The notes under the pieces were generated by a model. It was not told the DNA's origin. It was given only the letters and a program-made list of their open reading frames with translations, and did no database searches. A stretch of 64,000 nt of DNA from Alistipes sp. GTDB lineage: Bacteria > Bacteroidota > Bacteroidia > Bacteroidales > Rikenellaceae. The stretch spans positions 4,676-68,675 of the forward strand of contig JAZRDV010000019.1 in assembly GCA_045660465.1 (NCBI GenBank). The letters run 5' to 3'. Both the position numbers and the translations under genes were made by a program. Below are positions 28,734-36,861 of the stretch, in pieces (position 1 is the first letter of the stretch; each line of letters starts with the position of its first letter).

Positions 28734-29086
28734 CTATGTTTGCATCTGCTATAAGCCGAGTTCTGTACCTCTACGCTTAGAGGCCTCTATCATTTATCTA
28801 CGACGACAATCACTTGCCGCCTCTAGCAACCTACCCCCCGACATTGGACGAGCAACCCTTAATTGTCGGTATACATGGTCTTGCAACCCACGAGACGTAC
28901 TGCCGAGGAGTATTGCTACCCTCGCGGTGGGCTCTTACCCCGCCTTCTCACCCTTACCCTTGCGGGCGGTTATTTTCTTCTACGCTGCTATATCCTCACG
29001 AATATCAAGCCGTTAACTTGCGTGGTGCTCTATGTTGCTCGGACTTTCCTCCCCCACACTTGGTGGCAGCGATAGAGCGCAAATGC
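28732..29086 (-). ncRNA. rnpB: RNase P RNA (bacterial type A); ends approximate to +/-10 nt
   Basis: The minus strand reads ...GGGGGAGGAAAGTCCGAGC... (universal P4 5' strand GAGGAAAGUCC) near the 5' end and ...ACAGAACTCGGCTTATAG... (P4 3' strand ACAGAAnnCGGCUUA) near the 3' end. 5' CUCUAU can pair with 3' AUAGAG (P1). It has its own -7 box upstream and a terminator downstream. Confidence 0.85.
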
Positions 29087-29090
29087 GCTG

Positions 29091-29098
29091 CAAAGATA
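29091..29098 (-). promoter_or_regulatory. candidate -7 promoter box for rnpB
   Basis: Plus-strand CAAAGATA (TATCTTTG on minus), immediately upstream of the inferred RNase P RNA 5' end. Confidence 0.5.
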
Positions 29099-29139
29099 TA
29101 TCTTTTTCGGCGAATTCAAAAATTATTCGCTCGGAAAGC

Positions 29140-31491
29140 CTAAATGAAGAGTTTGAGTCCCACGAAGTAGGTGCGCGGTAGCGACGGGCCGTAGATGTAT
29201 GCCGAGTCGCGGCCTGCGCCAACGTCGATATCGCGCTGGAACGAGTCGAAGATGTTCTTAACACCCGCATTTACCTCCAAGCCGATGATGTCCGTCAGAC
29301 GGAAGGTGTAGCTCAGCTTGATGCCCACATCCGCAAACGAGTCGGTGAGCGTCTCCGAGTCGCCATACTCAACATCACCCACCGAGTAGGCGTTGTGCTG
29401 CACGAGCATAGGGCCTGTGAACGAGCCGAAGAGCGATGCGTATAGCTGCTTGGTGATGTAGAAGTTCGATGTCAGGTAGCCGTAGTGGTCGGGTGAGCGG
29501 AACATACGTCGCTGAGCCACTATTGAGGGGTCGCTGCTCCACTGCTCGGGCTCGTTGTAGAGGCTACGCTGGAAGGTGTAGCCAAGTTGAATGTCGAAGA
29601 TGTCGGGGATGCCTATCTTGAACTCTAACGAGACACCACCAATACGTGCGCCCGAGGCGTTGCGACGCTCTTTGATGATGTTACCATCCGTATCGGTGCC
29701 AATCTCTTCGAGCATGAATACATCGTTGAGCATCGTGTAGAAGCCCTCGGCCATGATGTTTGTCTGCACCTTGCCAAATGTGTGGTAGTAGTCTGCCGAT
29801 AGCGAGAATGAGTGTGAGTACTCGGGACGTAGGTCGTCGGCCAGACGTATGATAGATACCGTGTGGTTGAGTGCGTCGATATGGAGGTCTTCGTTGTATG
29901 CCTGGGGTGCTCGGTAACCGCTCGAATAGCTTGCACGCAGAGCCAAGTCGTCGATAGGGCTATAACGCACCGTTGCACGCGGCGAGAAGATGGGCTTCGA
30001 TATCATGTTGTGCTTGTCGAGACGGAAGCCTATCAGGGCGTTAAACTTATCGCTCTTCCACTCGTTCTGTGCAAAGAGACCGTATGTCGATGTCTGCTGC
30101 GTAAGGCGACGTTCGGTGGCCAAGTAGTGGTCGTCGAGCGAGTTATGGTTATACTCAACACCTGCCGTAAGCTCTGCGGGGAGTCCCGCCTTGTAGCGCA
30201 TGGTGTACTGTGCGCCACCCACCAGCGTGAGGTCGCGTGTCGAGCCGTAGGCGTTGGGATTCATGTCGGTGCCAAAGTATGTCGCGCGGTTTATACCCTG
30301 CGCCGAGAGGTAGGCACTTAGCATGTGTTTGTCGTTTGCGAAGTACTCGAAGCGTAGTCCACCGCCGTCGATGTTGTGGTCAATCTGCTCGCAGATATAT
30401 GCCATGTGGGGTGCCTCGTCGAGGTTGTCGCCACCGCGTCGAAAGTCGTGTATGTGGTGATACTCGGCCGTGAGGCGTGAGCGCACCGATGTCTTGTAGT
30501 AGGCACGGAAGCCTATGGTCTCGGAGCGCAACTTTGTGATGTCCGTAAAGCCATCGTCGTTGCGGTCGTAGCCACCGCGACTCTTCACCTGTCCGAAGAC
30601 GTATGCGCCAAGCTTGTAGTCGTCCGATACGAAGGCACCACCGAGCGAGGTGTTGATGTCGGGTGTGCCATCCTCCATGATATTTGTGGTGTTCGATAGC
30701 GAGAGGGTGTTTCGCATGGGGTCTTTGGTGATGATGTTCACCACGCCACCTATGGCCGACGAGCCGAAGAGTGCCGAGCCGCCACCGCGTATCACCTCTA
30801 CGCGCTCAACCATCGCCACGGGCATAAGGTCGAGACCATATACACCCGCAAGCGATGAAAATATGGGTCGGCTGTCGAGAAGTATCTGCGAGTATTGACC
30901 TTCGAGGCCATTGATACGGATCTGTGGTGCACCGCAGTTGCCGCATGTGTTCTCGATGCGCAGACCTGATTGAAAGTTCATCGCCTCCGAGAGGTTACCT
31001 GCGGCGGTGCTCTCCAACAGCTTTGTCGATGTTACGTTTACGACGGTCGCTGCCTTGCGACGATTTGACTCGTTGCGTGTGGCCGATACCACCACCTCGT
31101 CCACCATCGTTGAGCTCTCCGTGAGTGTGAAGTTGAGCTCGCAGCTGTCGTTGGCACGCGCCGTGAAGGGCTGCTCTATGGTGGTGTAGCCTATGGCCGA
31201 TACAACGATGATATGGTCGCCCTCGGGTATATTATTTATATTATAGTGTCCTGTGCCATCGGCGGCGCAGCCTATCGTTGTGCCCTTTATGGCTATTGTG
31301 GCGTAGGGTAGGTGCTCGCCTGTCTCGGCTACGATGACGTGGCCGAAGAGGTTGGCGTCAGTAGCAGCCTTGCGCGGCTTCTGCGCCTCGCTAACAGGGT
31401 TGTTTACTACGGTGATGGGTGTTGATGCAAAGGTCTCGAAAGAGAGTGTCGCAAGCATCGTGGCGGCACAAATAATTGTTCGTTTCATCAT
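29140..31491 (-). CDS. TonB-dependent outer-membrane receptor with N-terminal carboxypeptidase-regulatory-like domain (no SusD partner)
   Basis: Signal peptide MMKRTIICAATMLATLSFETFA. CarboxypepD_reg-like LFGHVIVAETGEHLPYATIAIKGTTIGCAADGTGHYNINNIPEGDHIIVVSAIGY. Plug VEVIRGGGSALFGSSAIGGVVNIITK. C-terminal barrel ending RTYFVGLKLFI. ATG at 31491; the track start at 31530 lies upstream of the predicted promoter. Confidence 0.9.
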   Translation of the reverse strand: MMKRTIICAATMLATLSFETFASTPITVVNNPVSEAQKPRKAATDANLFGHVIVAETGEHLPYATIAIKGTTIGCAADGTGHYNINNIPEGDHIIVVSAIGYTTIEQPFTARANDSCELNFTLTESSTMVDEVVVSATRNESNRRKAATVVNVTSTKLLESTAAGNLSEAMNFQSGLRIENTCGNCGAPQIRINGLEGQYSQILLDSRPIFSSLAGVYGLDLMPVAMVERVEVIRGGGSALFGSSAIGGVVNIITKDPMRNTLSLSNTTNIMEDGTPDINTSLGGAFVSDDYKLGAYVFGQVKSRGGYDRNDDGFTDITKLRSETIGFRAYYKTSVRSRLTAEYHHIHDFRRGGDNLDEAPHMAYICEQIDHNIDGGGLRFEYFANDKHMLSAYLSAQGINRATYFGTDMNPNAYGSTRDLTLVGGAQYTMRYKAGLPAELTAGVEYNHNSLDDHYLATERRLTQQTSTYGLFAQNEWKSDKFNALIGFRLDKHNMISKPIFSPRATVRYSPIDDLALRASYSSGYRAPQAYNEDLHIDALNHTVSIIRLADDLRPEYSHSFSLSADYYHTFGKVQTNIMAEGFYTMLNDVFMLEEIGTDTDGNIIKERRNASGARIGGVSLEFKIGIPDIFDIQLGYTFQRSLYNEPEQWSSDPSIVAQRRMFRSPDHYGYLTSNFYITKQLYASLFGSFTGPMLVQHNAYSVGDVEYGDSETLTDSFADVGIKLSYTFRLTDIIGLEVNAGVKNIFDSFQRDIDVGAGRDSAYIYGPSLPRTYFVGLKLFI

Positions 31492-31527
31492 ATTTTTTGG
31501 TCTATGTTTTATCCTCTGTTTCGGGTG

Positions 31528-31535
31528 CAAAGGTA
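31528..31535 (-). promoter_or_regulatory. candidate -7 promoter box for the TonB-dependent receptor
   Basis: Plus-strand CAAAGGTA (TACCTTTG on minus), 36 nt upstream of the ATG at 31491. It sits in the loop of a possible hairpin at 31520-31549. Confidence 0.4.
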
Positions 31536-31628
31536 TGGCAATACCCGAAGTTGCACAATCGCCAAAAGTAGGTAATTGTGCTCGTGGTCGTTAGCCATTT
31601 GTGGCTATTGAGAGTTGCTGCCTCGCGG

Positions 31629-31973
31629 CTAAGCGGCTAAAACATAGGGTGGTGCACGTAGCGACGATGCACTATTGTGATGAGTGATTGTAGCCTCGGT
31701 ACGCTGCTGCTTGGTCGAGACTGTGGCGGTCGCGTAGAGGTCAATGAGGTGTGGAGCCTCGCCACCGATAAGCTCCATGAATGATAGCTGCTCGATATAC
31801 TCTGCCGAGCTGCTGCTGTGTGTATGCGCTGTGGCTGTGCCACTGAACGGGTGAGAGTGGACGATAAGGTGTCCCTCGATGTTGTGGCTATGGACAAAGA
31901 GGGTGGTGCTCACGATGTAGAGCAACATCGTAAGTAGCTGTAAGTAACCCAATATTCGTCTTCCAAACGTCAT
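31629..31973 (-). CDS. small His-rich single-pass membrane protein, function unknown
   Basis: 114 aa. TM helix LGYLQLLTMLLYIVSTTLFV followed by HSHNIEGHLIVHSHPFSGTATAHTHS. A -7 box lies 8 nt upstream of the ATG. Same strand as, and upstream of, the TonB-dependent receptor. Confidence 0.55.
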   Translation of the reverse strand: MTFGRRILGYLQLLTMLLYIVSTTLFVHSHNIEGHLIVHSHPFSGTATAHTHSSSSAEYIEQLSFMELIGGEAPHLIDLYATATVSTKQQRTEATITHHNSASSLRAPPYVLAA

Positions 31974-31981
31974 ACGGGGCG

Positions 31982-31989
31982 CAAAGGTA
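31982..31989 (-). promoter_or_regulatory. candidate -7 promoter box for the His-rich mini-protein (near-leaderless)
   Basis: Plus-strand CAAAGGTA; only 8 nt separate the box from the ATG at 31973. Confidence 0.45.
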
Positions 31990-32033
31990 GTAATTTTTTT
32001 GAAATGGACAATTTTACCACACCAAAAGTGTGC

Positions 32034-32178
32034 GAGGTGGGGGGAGGAAGGGGAAAAAGGTGGGGCGATTAAGGAAGTTAAGGAAACTAAGGAAATTAAG
32101 GAGTTTAAGGAAAATTCTCTAAATTCCCTAAACTCCCTAATTTCTCTAATCTCTCACGGCTCTCACCCCTCTTTGCCT
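32034..32178 (-). repeat. octamer-periodic purine/pyrimidine inverted repeat (long imperfect hairpin) in the sdaA 3' region
   Basis: Five tandem TTAAGGAA-like units (32069-32114) abut about five TTCCCTAA-like units (32115-32157). They are flanked by G/A-rich 32034-32066 and C/T-rich 32158-32178. The fold is better on the minus (sdaA-sense) strand. Confidence 0.8.
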
Positions 32179-33378
32179 CTAAATAAAATCTTTTGCGAGG
32201 CCGCCTTCGCCGGTCTCCTTGTATATCGACGGCAGGTCGTGTCCTGTCTGCTTCATCACCTCCACCACGCGGTCGAACGATACGCGGTGGTGTCCGTCGG
32301 TGTACATCGAGTATAGGTTGGCATCGAGGTCGCGTGCTGCGGCATAGGCGTCACGCTCGATGCAGGGTATCTGCACAAGACCGCATATAGGGTCGCATGT
32401 CATGCCGAGGTGGTGTTCGAGACCCATCTCTGCGGCATACTCTATCTGTGCGGGTGTGCCACCAAAGAGCTGATTTGCTGCGGCTGCGGCCATGGCACAT
32501 GCTACGCCCACCTCGCCCTGGCATCCCACCTCGGCACCCGATATCGAGGCGTTGTGTTTCACGATGTTGCCAATGAGTCCCGCGGTTGCGAGTGCGCGAC
32601 AGATGCGCGCCTCGGAGAACTCGCGCGTCTTCCACAGATGGTAGAGTACGGCGGGTAACACACCCGACGAGCCACATGTCGGCGCAGTTACTATGCGTCC
32701 TCCCGAGGCGTTCTCCTCGCTCACGGCCAGGGCATACGAGAATATGAGGCCTCGCGATTGCAGGCTCTGCTTATATCCCGAGGCGCGTACGTTGTAGCGC
32801 ACGGCACGTCGGGGCAGGTGCAGCGGGCCGGGTATCACGCCCTCGGTCTCGATGCCTCGCTCCACAGCCTCACGCATCACGCGCCACACCTTAGAGAGAA
32901 AAACCCAGAGGTCGCTACTCTCATACATCTCGACATACTCCCAGAAGGTGCGGCCATTCTCGCGGCACCATTGCAGGATGTCGGTAAGTTTTGTGAGCGG
33001 ATATATATCGGCACTCTCTATGGGTGTGCTGTCCTCCTCGGCCAGAGCACCGCCACCCACGCTGTATACCACCCATTTGTCGATGCTGTTGCCGAGGCCG
33101 TCGAGGGCCTCAAAGCGCATGCCGTTGGGGTGGAACGGAAGAAATATCGAGGGCTCCCATACAAGCTCCACCTCGCCGTGGGGTTTGAGTGTTTCGAGTA
33201 TCGCCACATCCGTTAAGTGGCCTCGGCCCGTGAGGGCAAGGCTGCCGTAGAGCGTTACGCGAAACGAGGTGCAGTTGGGGTGCTTGTGCTGAAAAATCTC
33301 GGCCGCGCGACGTGGTGCCATCGTATGGCTGCTCGATGGGCCTGTACCTATGCGATATAACTCCTTAATGCTCTTCAT
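32179..33378 (-). CDS. sdaA: L-serine ammonia-lyase (iron-sulfur-dependent L-serine dehydratase, single-chain form)
   Basis: [26 protein letters not shown]..., [30 protein letters not shown] are hallmark SdaA motifs. Confidence 0.93.
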   Translation of the reverse strand: MKSIKELYRIGTGPSSSHTMAPRRAAEIFQHKHPNCTSFRVTLYGSLALTGRGHLTDVAILETLKPHGEVELVWEPSIFLPFHPNGMRFEALDGLGNSIDKWVVYSVGGGALAEEDSTPIESADIYPLTKLTDILQWCRENGRTFWEYVEMYESSDLWVFLSKVWRVMREAVERGIETEGVIPGPLHLPRRAVRYNVRASGYKQSLQSRGLIFSYALAVSEENASGGRIVTAPTCGSSGVLPAVLYHLWKTREFSEARICRALATAGLIGNIVKHNASISGAEVGCQGEVGVACAMAAAAANQLFGGTPAQIEYAAEMGLEHHLGMTCDPICGLVQIPCIERDAYAAARDLDANLYSMYTDGHHRVSFDRVVEVMKQTGHDLPSIYKETGEGGLAKDFI

Positions 33379-33408
33379 AAGTGGTCTTTTTTAGCTGTTA
33401 ACGTAGTG

Positions 33409-33416
33409 CAAAGATA
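33409..33416 (-). promoter_or_regulatory. candidate -7 promoter box for sdaA
   Basis: Plus-strand CAAAGATA, 30 nt upstream of the ATG at 33378. Confidence 0.5.
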
Positions 33417-33456
33417 CGAAAAAGATGGTAATATTTCGCTTGTGCGATAATTTTTG

Positions 33457-33464
33457 TAACTTTG
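33457..33464 (+). promoter_or_regulatory. candidate -7 promoter box (TAACTTTG) for hemW (near-leaderless)
   Basis: TAnnTTTG ends 7 nt before the ATG at 33472. Confidence 0.45.
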
Positions 33465-33471
33465 TGTCGCA

Positions 33472-34581
33472 ATGGCTACACTCTATCTGCATATCCCCTT
33501 CTGTCGGCGTATATGTGCCTACTGCGACTTCTATCGTGTGGGTGCTGTCGAGCTGTTGCCTCAGGTCGAGCGTATGCTGCATCGTGAGATGATTGAGCGT
33601 GCCGACTATCTGTCGGAGCGACGCCTCACGTCGATATACTTCGGCGGTGGCACACCCTCGCTTCTGCCCCCCTCGTCTATCGAGGCCCTCATAAACCGAG
33701 CCGGAGAGCTGTTCGACTGCTCGGCGGTCGAGGAGATAACCATCGAGGCCAACCCCGATGACCTTAGCGACGACTATGTAGATGCCCTGGCCGCCACGGC
33801 GGTAAATAGGGTGAGTCTCGGTGTGCAGTCCTTCGACGATGAGGTGTTACGCTTCATGAATCGTCGTCATAGTGGCCGCGAGGCCATTCGTGCTGTGGAG
33901 AGGTTGCAGCAGGCGGGTATCGACAATATCTCGGTAGATGTAATCTTCGGTATCGCGGGCTACGAGTCGCGCCTTATGGATACGCTCCATACGGCTACGA
34001 GCCTCGGTGTTGGCCACCTCTCGGCATACCACCTCACCGTCGAGGAGCGCACGCGCCTGGGTGTCATGGTGCGCAAGGGCGAGTACACACCCATCTCCGA
34101 GGAGCAGTCTGAGGCGGAGTATTTGGCTGTGCATAAGGTCTTTACAGATGCAGGATACGAGCATTACGAGGTCTCGAACTACGCCCGCCCTGGCTGTCGT
34201 GCGAAGCATAACTCGTCGTATTGGCGAGGTGTGGAGTATCTCGGCTTAGGCCCCGGGGCGCACTCCTTTTCGGGCGACAATCGCACGTGGTGCAGCTCTA
34301 CGGTGGCGCAATACGCTGCCGGCGACCTCCGCTATGATGGCGAGACGCTCACCCGTACGGAGCACCTAAACGAGTATGTGATGACCTCGCTACGCTGCGC
34401 AGAGGGTATCGACCTCGAATATATAGCCTCGCACTTTGGCCCGCAGCAGCGCGAACGTATCGAGTCGGCAGCCCGTAGGTGGTTGCACGAAGGTACGCTG
34501 CAAAGTCTCTCTGGTCGACTCTTCATACCTGCCGAGAAGTTTCTCGTTTCGGATGCCGTTATCGAGAGCCTGTTTGTGTAG
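33472..34581 (+). CDS. hemW: radical SAM family heme chaperone HemW (oxygen-independent coproporphyrinogen-III-oxidase-like)
   Basis: LYLHIPFCRRICAYCDFY (CxxxCxxC radical SAM), YFGGGTPS, HemN_C-like C-terminus. Confidence 0.9.
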   Translation: MATLYLHIPFCRRICAYCDFYRVGAVELLPQVERMLHREMIERADYLSERRLTSIYFGGGTPSLLPPSSIEALINRAGELFDCSAVEEITIEANPDDLSDDYVDALAATAVNRVSLGVQSFDDEVLRFMNRRHSGREAIRAVERLQQAGIDNISVDVIFGIAGYESRLMDTLHTATSLGVGHLSAYHLTVEERTRLGVMVRKGEYTPISEEQSEAEYLAVHKVFTDAGYEHYEVSNYARPGCRAKHNSSYWRGVEYLGLGPGAHSFSGDNRTWCSSTVAQYAAGDLRYDGETLTRTEHLNEYVMTSLRCAEGIDLEYIASHFGPQQRERIESAARRWLHEGTLQSLSGRLFIPAEKFLVSDAVIESLFV

Positions 34582-34716
34582 TGCAGCGGGGTAATAGCTT
34601 TTGCTGTAATGGAGTACGGCTGCGAAATTCTGTGCTAAATTGTTGCATTTCTCAAAAAAAAATCATAATTTTACTTGTTGAAAATTGTATCTTTTGACGG
34701 CGTTGTCGCGATAATG

Positions 34717-34724
34717 TATCTTTG
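34717..34724 (+). promoter_or_regulatory. candidate -7 promoter box (TATCTTTG) for the alpha-glucan cluster
   Basis: TAnnTTTG 73 nt upstream of the ATG at 34798. Confidence 0.5.
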
Positions 34725-34797
34725 TGTCTGATACATAACATGTTGTGACGATGCGATGGGTGTATAGACTACGAAACTAATTAATATAGGTAACATT

Positions 34798-36840
34798 ATG
34801 TCAGGACTGAAATTTGACAAACGTGAATTGGGTAACTTGGAGTATTCGCTCGATAGAGAGATACTTGCCACGGACCGTCGCGGAGGTTACATGAGCAGTA
34901 CGATTGTAGGTTGCAACACGCGCAAGTATCATGGTTTGATGGTTGCGCCCATCGACAATAGCGACCGCACCTACGTTCTGTTGTCGTCGCTCGACGAGAC
35001 GCTCATGCAGCACGACCAGGCGTTCCACCTCGCCCTGCACCGCTACGAAGGCATCTATGAGCCTCGCGGTCATAAGTACATCACCGACTTCGGCTATACA
35101 CCCACCCCGACGATTACGTATCGTGTGGGAGGCGCAATTCTGCGTAAAGAGTTGCTCTGGGTGCATAAGCGCACACAGCTGATGATACGTTATACGTTGG
35201 TCGATGCTCACTCCGAGACTACGCTGCGTCTTCGCCCGATGCTCGCCTTCCGCGATAAGCACTCGCTGTCGAAGGCCAACATGGAGGCCGACGGACGTGC
35301 CTATGCCATACCTTGCGGCGTCAAATGCCGCTTGTACGAGGGCTTCCCCTGGCTCAACATGCAGCTCAACAAGGCCGATAGCGAGTTCGTCGCAGCCCCC
35401 GATTGGTACTACAACATCGAGTATCGCAAGGAGTTGGCGCGCGGCTACGAGGGCCACGAGGATCTGCTCTGCCCCGGATACTTCGAGTTCAAGATTAAGA
35501 AGGGCGAGAGCGTGATATTCTCTGCTGCCACCGATATTATGGCCTCGGAGGAGACCATATCGGCCGTATATGAGTCGCAGCTCGCACGCCGCACACACAA
35601 GATAGACTTCCTCAGTTGCTTGCAGCACTCGGCACGTCAGTTCGTCATTCGTCGTCCCGAGAATCGCACCGAGGTTATTGCTGGCTACCCATGGTTTGGC
35701 CCTATCTGCCGCGATACGTTTATCTCGTTGCCGGGTATCACCCTCGCGCAGGAGCACAAGGAGGACTGCATGGATGCTCTCGACACGTTGGTTAAGGATA
35801 TGCAGGATGGCATGTTTGTAGGCAACGGAGCTGCCACGGAGGCTGTCGATGCACCGCTCTGGTTCTACTACACGTTGCAGCAGTTGGAGAAGCAGATAGG
35901 TGCTAAGGGTATCTGGGAGCGTTATGGCGAGGCGATGAAGAGCATCTTGGAGTGCTATCGTCGTGGCTATGGCGAGGCTATTGCTCTGCACGACAACGGC
36001 CTTATTTGGGCCTCTGCGGAGCGTCCTCTGACGTGGATGGGTACTATCGTCGATGGCGAGCCCCTCACGCCACGTCGCGGTTATGCCGTTGAGGTGCAGG
36101 CACTGTGGTACAATGCCGTGGTCTACACCTTGACTTTGGCGCGCAAGCAGGGCGATAAGAGCTTTGTTGCTGCGTGGAAGGATATGCCCGAGCGTATTAA
36201 GACCTCGTTCCTCGCGAAGTTCTGGTTGGAGGAGGAGGGATACCTCGCCGACTATGTAAACTACGACGAGGTAAACAAGTTCATCCGTTGCAACATGACC
36301 GTTGCTGCGGGTCTGGATAATACCATGCTGGAAGATACACAGCTTGTGCGTGTGCTCATGACCATCCGTCAGCACCTGCTCACGCCACGTGGTCTGCGTA
36401 CCCTCTCGCCGCGTAACATGCTCTACAAGTCGAACTACAACGAGGATCAGCGTTCGCAGGATCTCGCGTCGCGCAACGGCTCGGCGTGGATATGGCCTCT
36501 GCTCTTCTATGTTCGCGCATGCTTCGCTCTCAGTGGCGAGCGTTACGTTCACGAGGCTCGTCAGCTGCTTGACGCCTTCGATGATGAGTTGCAGGCTAAG
36601 TGTGTAGGCTCTATCTCGGAGCGTTTCGAGGGCGATCCTCCGCATACACCGCGTGGCTCGGTGTCGCATGCGACATCTGTTGGCTCGTTGCTCAGCATCA
36701 ATGCCCTCATCGAGCAGTATGCCCCCAAGAAGAGTGCGCGTAAGAGCTCGGCTAAGGGTGCTGCCAAAGCGAAGGCGGCTACGGAGACCACAGCCGAGAA
36801 GAAGATACGTAAGTGCGTGCGTAAGAGTGTGAAGAAGTAA
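34798..36840 (+). CDS. glycogen-debranching-enzyme-like protein (GDE N-terminal domain + amylo-alpha-1,6-glucosidase domain) with Lys/Ala-rich C-terminal tail
   Basis: N-terminus REILATDRRGGYMSSTIVGCNTRKYHGLMVAP is typical of the bacterial GDE_N family. (alpha/alpha)6-type C-terminal half (GYPWFGPICRDTFISLPG). Tail KKSARKSSAKGAAKAKAATETTAEKKIRKCVRKSVKK. Confidence 0.85.
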   Translation: MSGLKFDKRELGNLEYSLDREILATDRRGGYMSSTIVGCNTRKYHGLMVAPIDNSDRTYVLLSSLDETLMQHDQAFHLALHRYEGIYEPRGHKYITDFGYTPTPTITYRVGGAILRKELLWVHKRTQLMIRYTLVDAHSETTLRLRPMLAFRDKHSLSKANMEADGRAYAIPCGVKCRLYEGFPWLNMQLNKADSEFVAAPDWYYNIEYRKELARGYEGHEDLLCPGYFEFKIKKGESVIFSAATDIMASEETISAVYESQLARRTHKIDFLSCLQHSARQFVIRRPENRTEVIAGYPWFGPICRDTFISLPGITLAQEHKEDCMDALDTLVKDMQDGMFVGNGAATEAVDAPLWFYYTLQQLEKQIGAKGIWERYGEAMKSILECYRRGYGEAIALHDNGLIWASAERPLTWMGTIVDGEPLTPRRGYAVEVQALWYNAVVYTLTLARKQGDKSFVAAWKDMPERIKTSFLAKFWLEEEGYLADYVNYDEVNKFIRCNMTVAAGLDNTMLEDTQLVRVLMTIRQHLLTPRGLRTLSPRNMLYKSNYNEDQRSQDLASRNGSAWIWPLLFYVRACFALSGERYVHEARQLLDAFDDELQAKCVGSISERFEGDPPHTPRGSVSHATSVGSLLSINALIEQYAPKKSARKSSAKGAAKAKAATETTAEKKIRKCVRKSVKK

Positions 36841-36861
36841 AAACGTAAAAAGATATAAGTT

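Noticed and set aside
28561-29270. Four ORFs (151, 109, 70 and 85 aa) between the glycosyltransferase and the TonB-dependent receptor
   Set aside because: The interval is occupied by the RNase P RNA gene (P4 motifs on the minus strand). The ORFs are artefacts of translating a structured RNA gene.
31492-31628. Cobalamin or other riboswitch upstream of the TonB-dependent receptor
   Set aside because: No B12-box-like GCCACTG core, nor any other riboswitch core I can recognise. Kept only as a low-interest hairpin observation.
31999-32316. 105-aa ORF translating to KEVKETKEIKEFKEN...SLNSLNSLISLIS
   Set aside because: The periodic peptide is simply the translation of the octamer DNA repeat/hairpin, and the ORF then runs antisense into sdaA. 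The TTAGGG-like units were also considered as telomere-like repeats. That was rejected because they are short, degenerate, internal, and paired with their complement as a hairpin.
34801-36669. 622-aa minus-strand ORF opposite the debranching-enzyme-like gene
   Set aside because: The sense frame has clear GDE-family motifs. The antisense translation is Leu/Arg/Val-rich with no recognisable domain.
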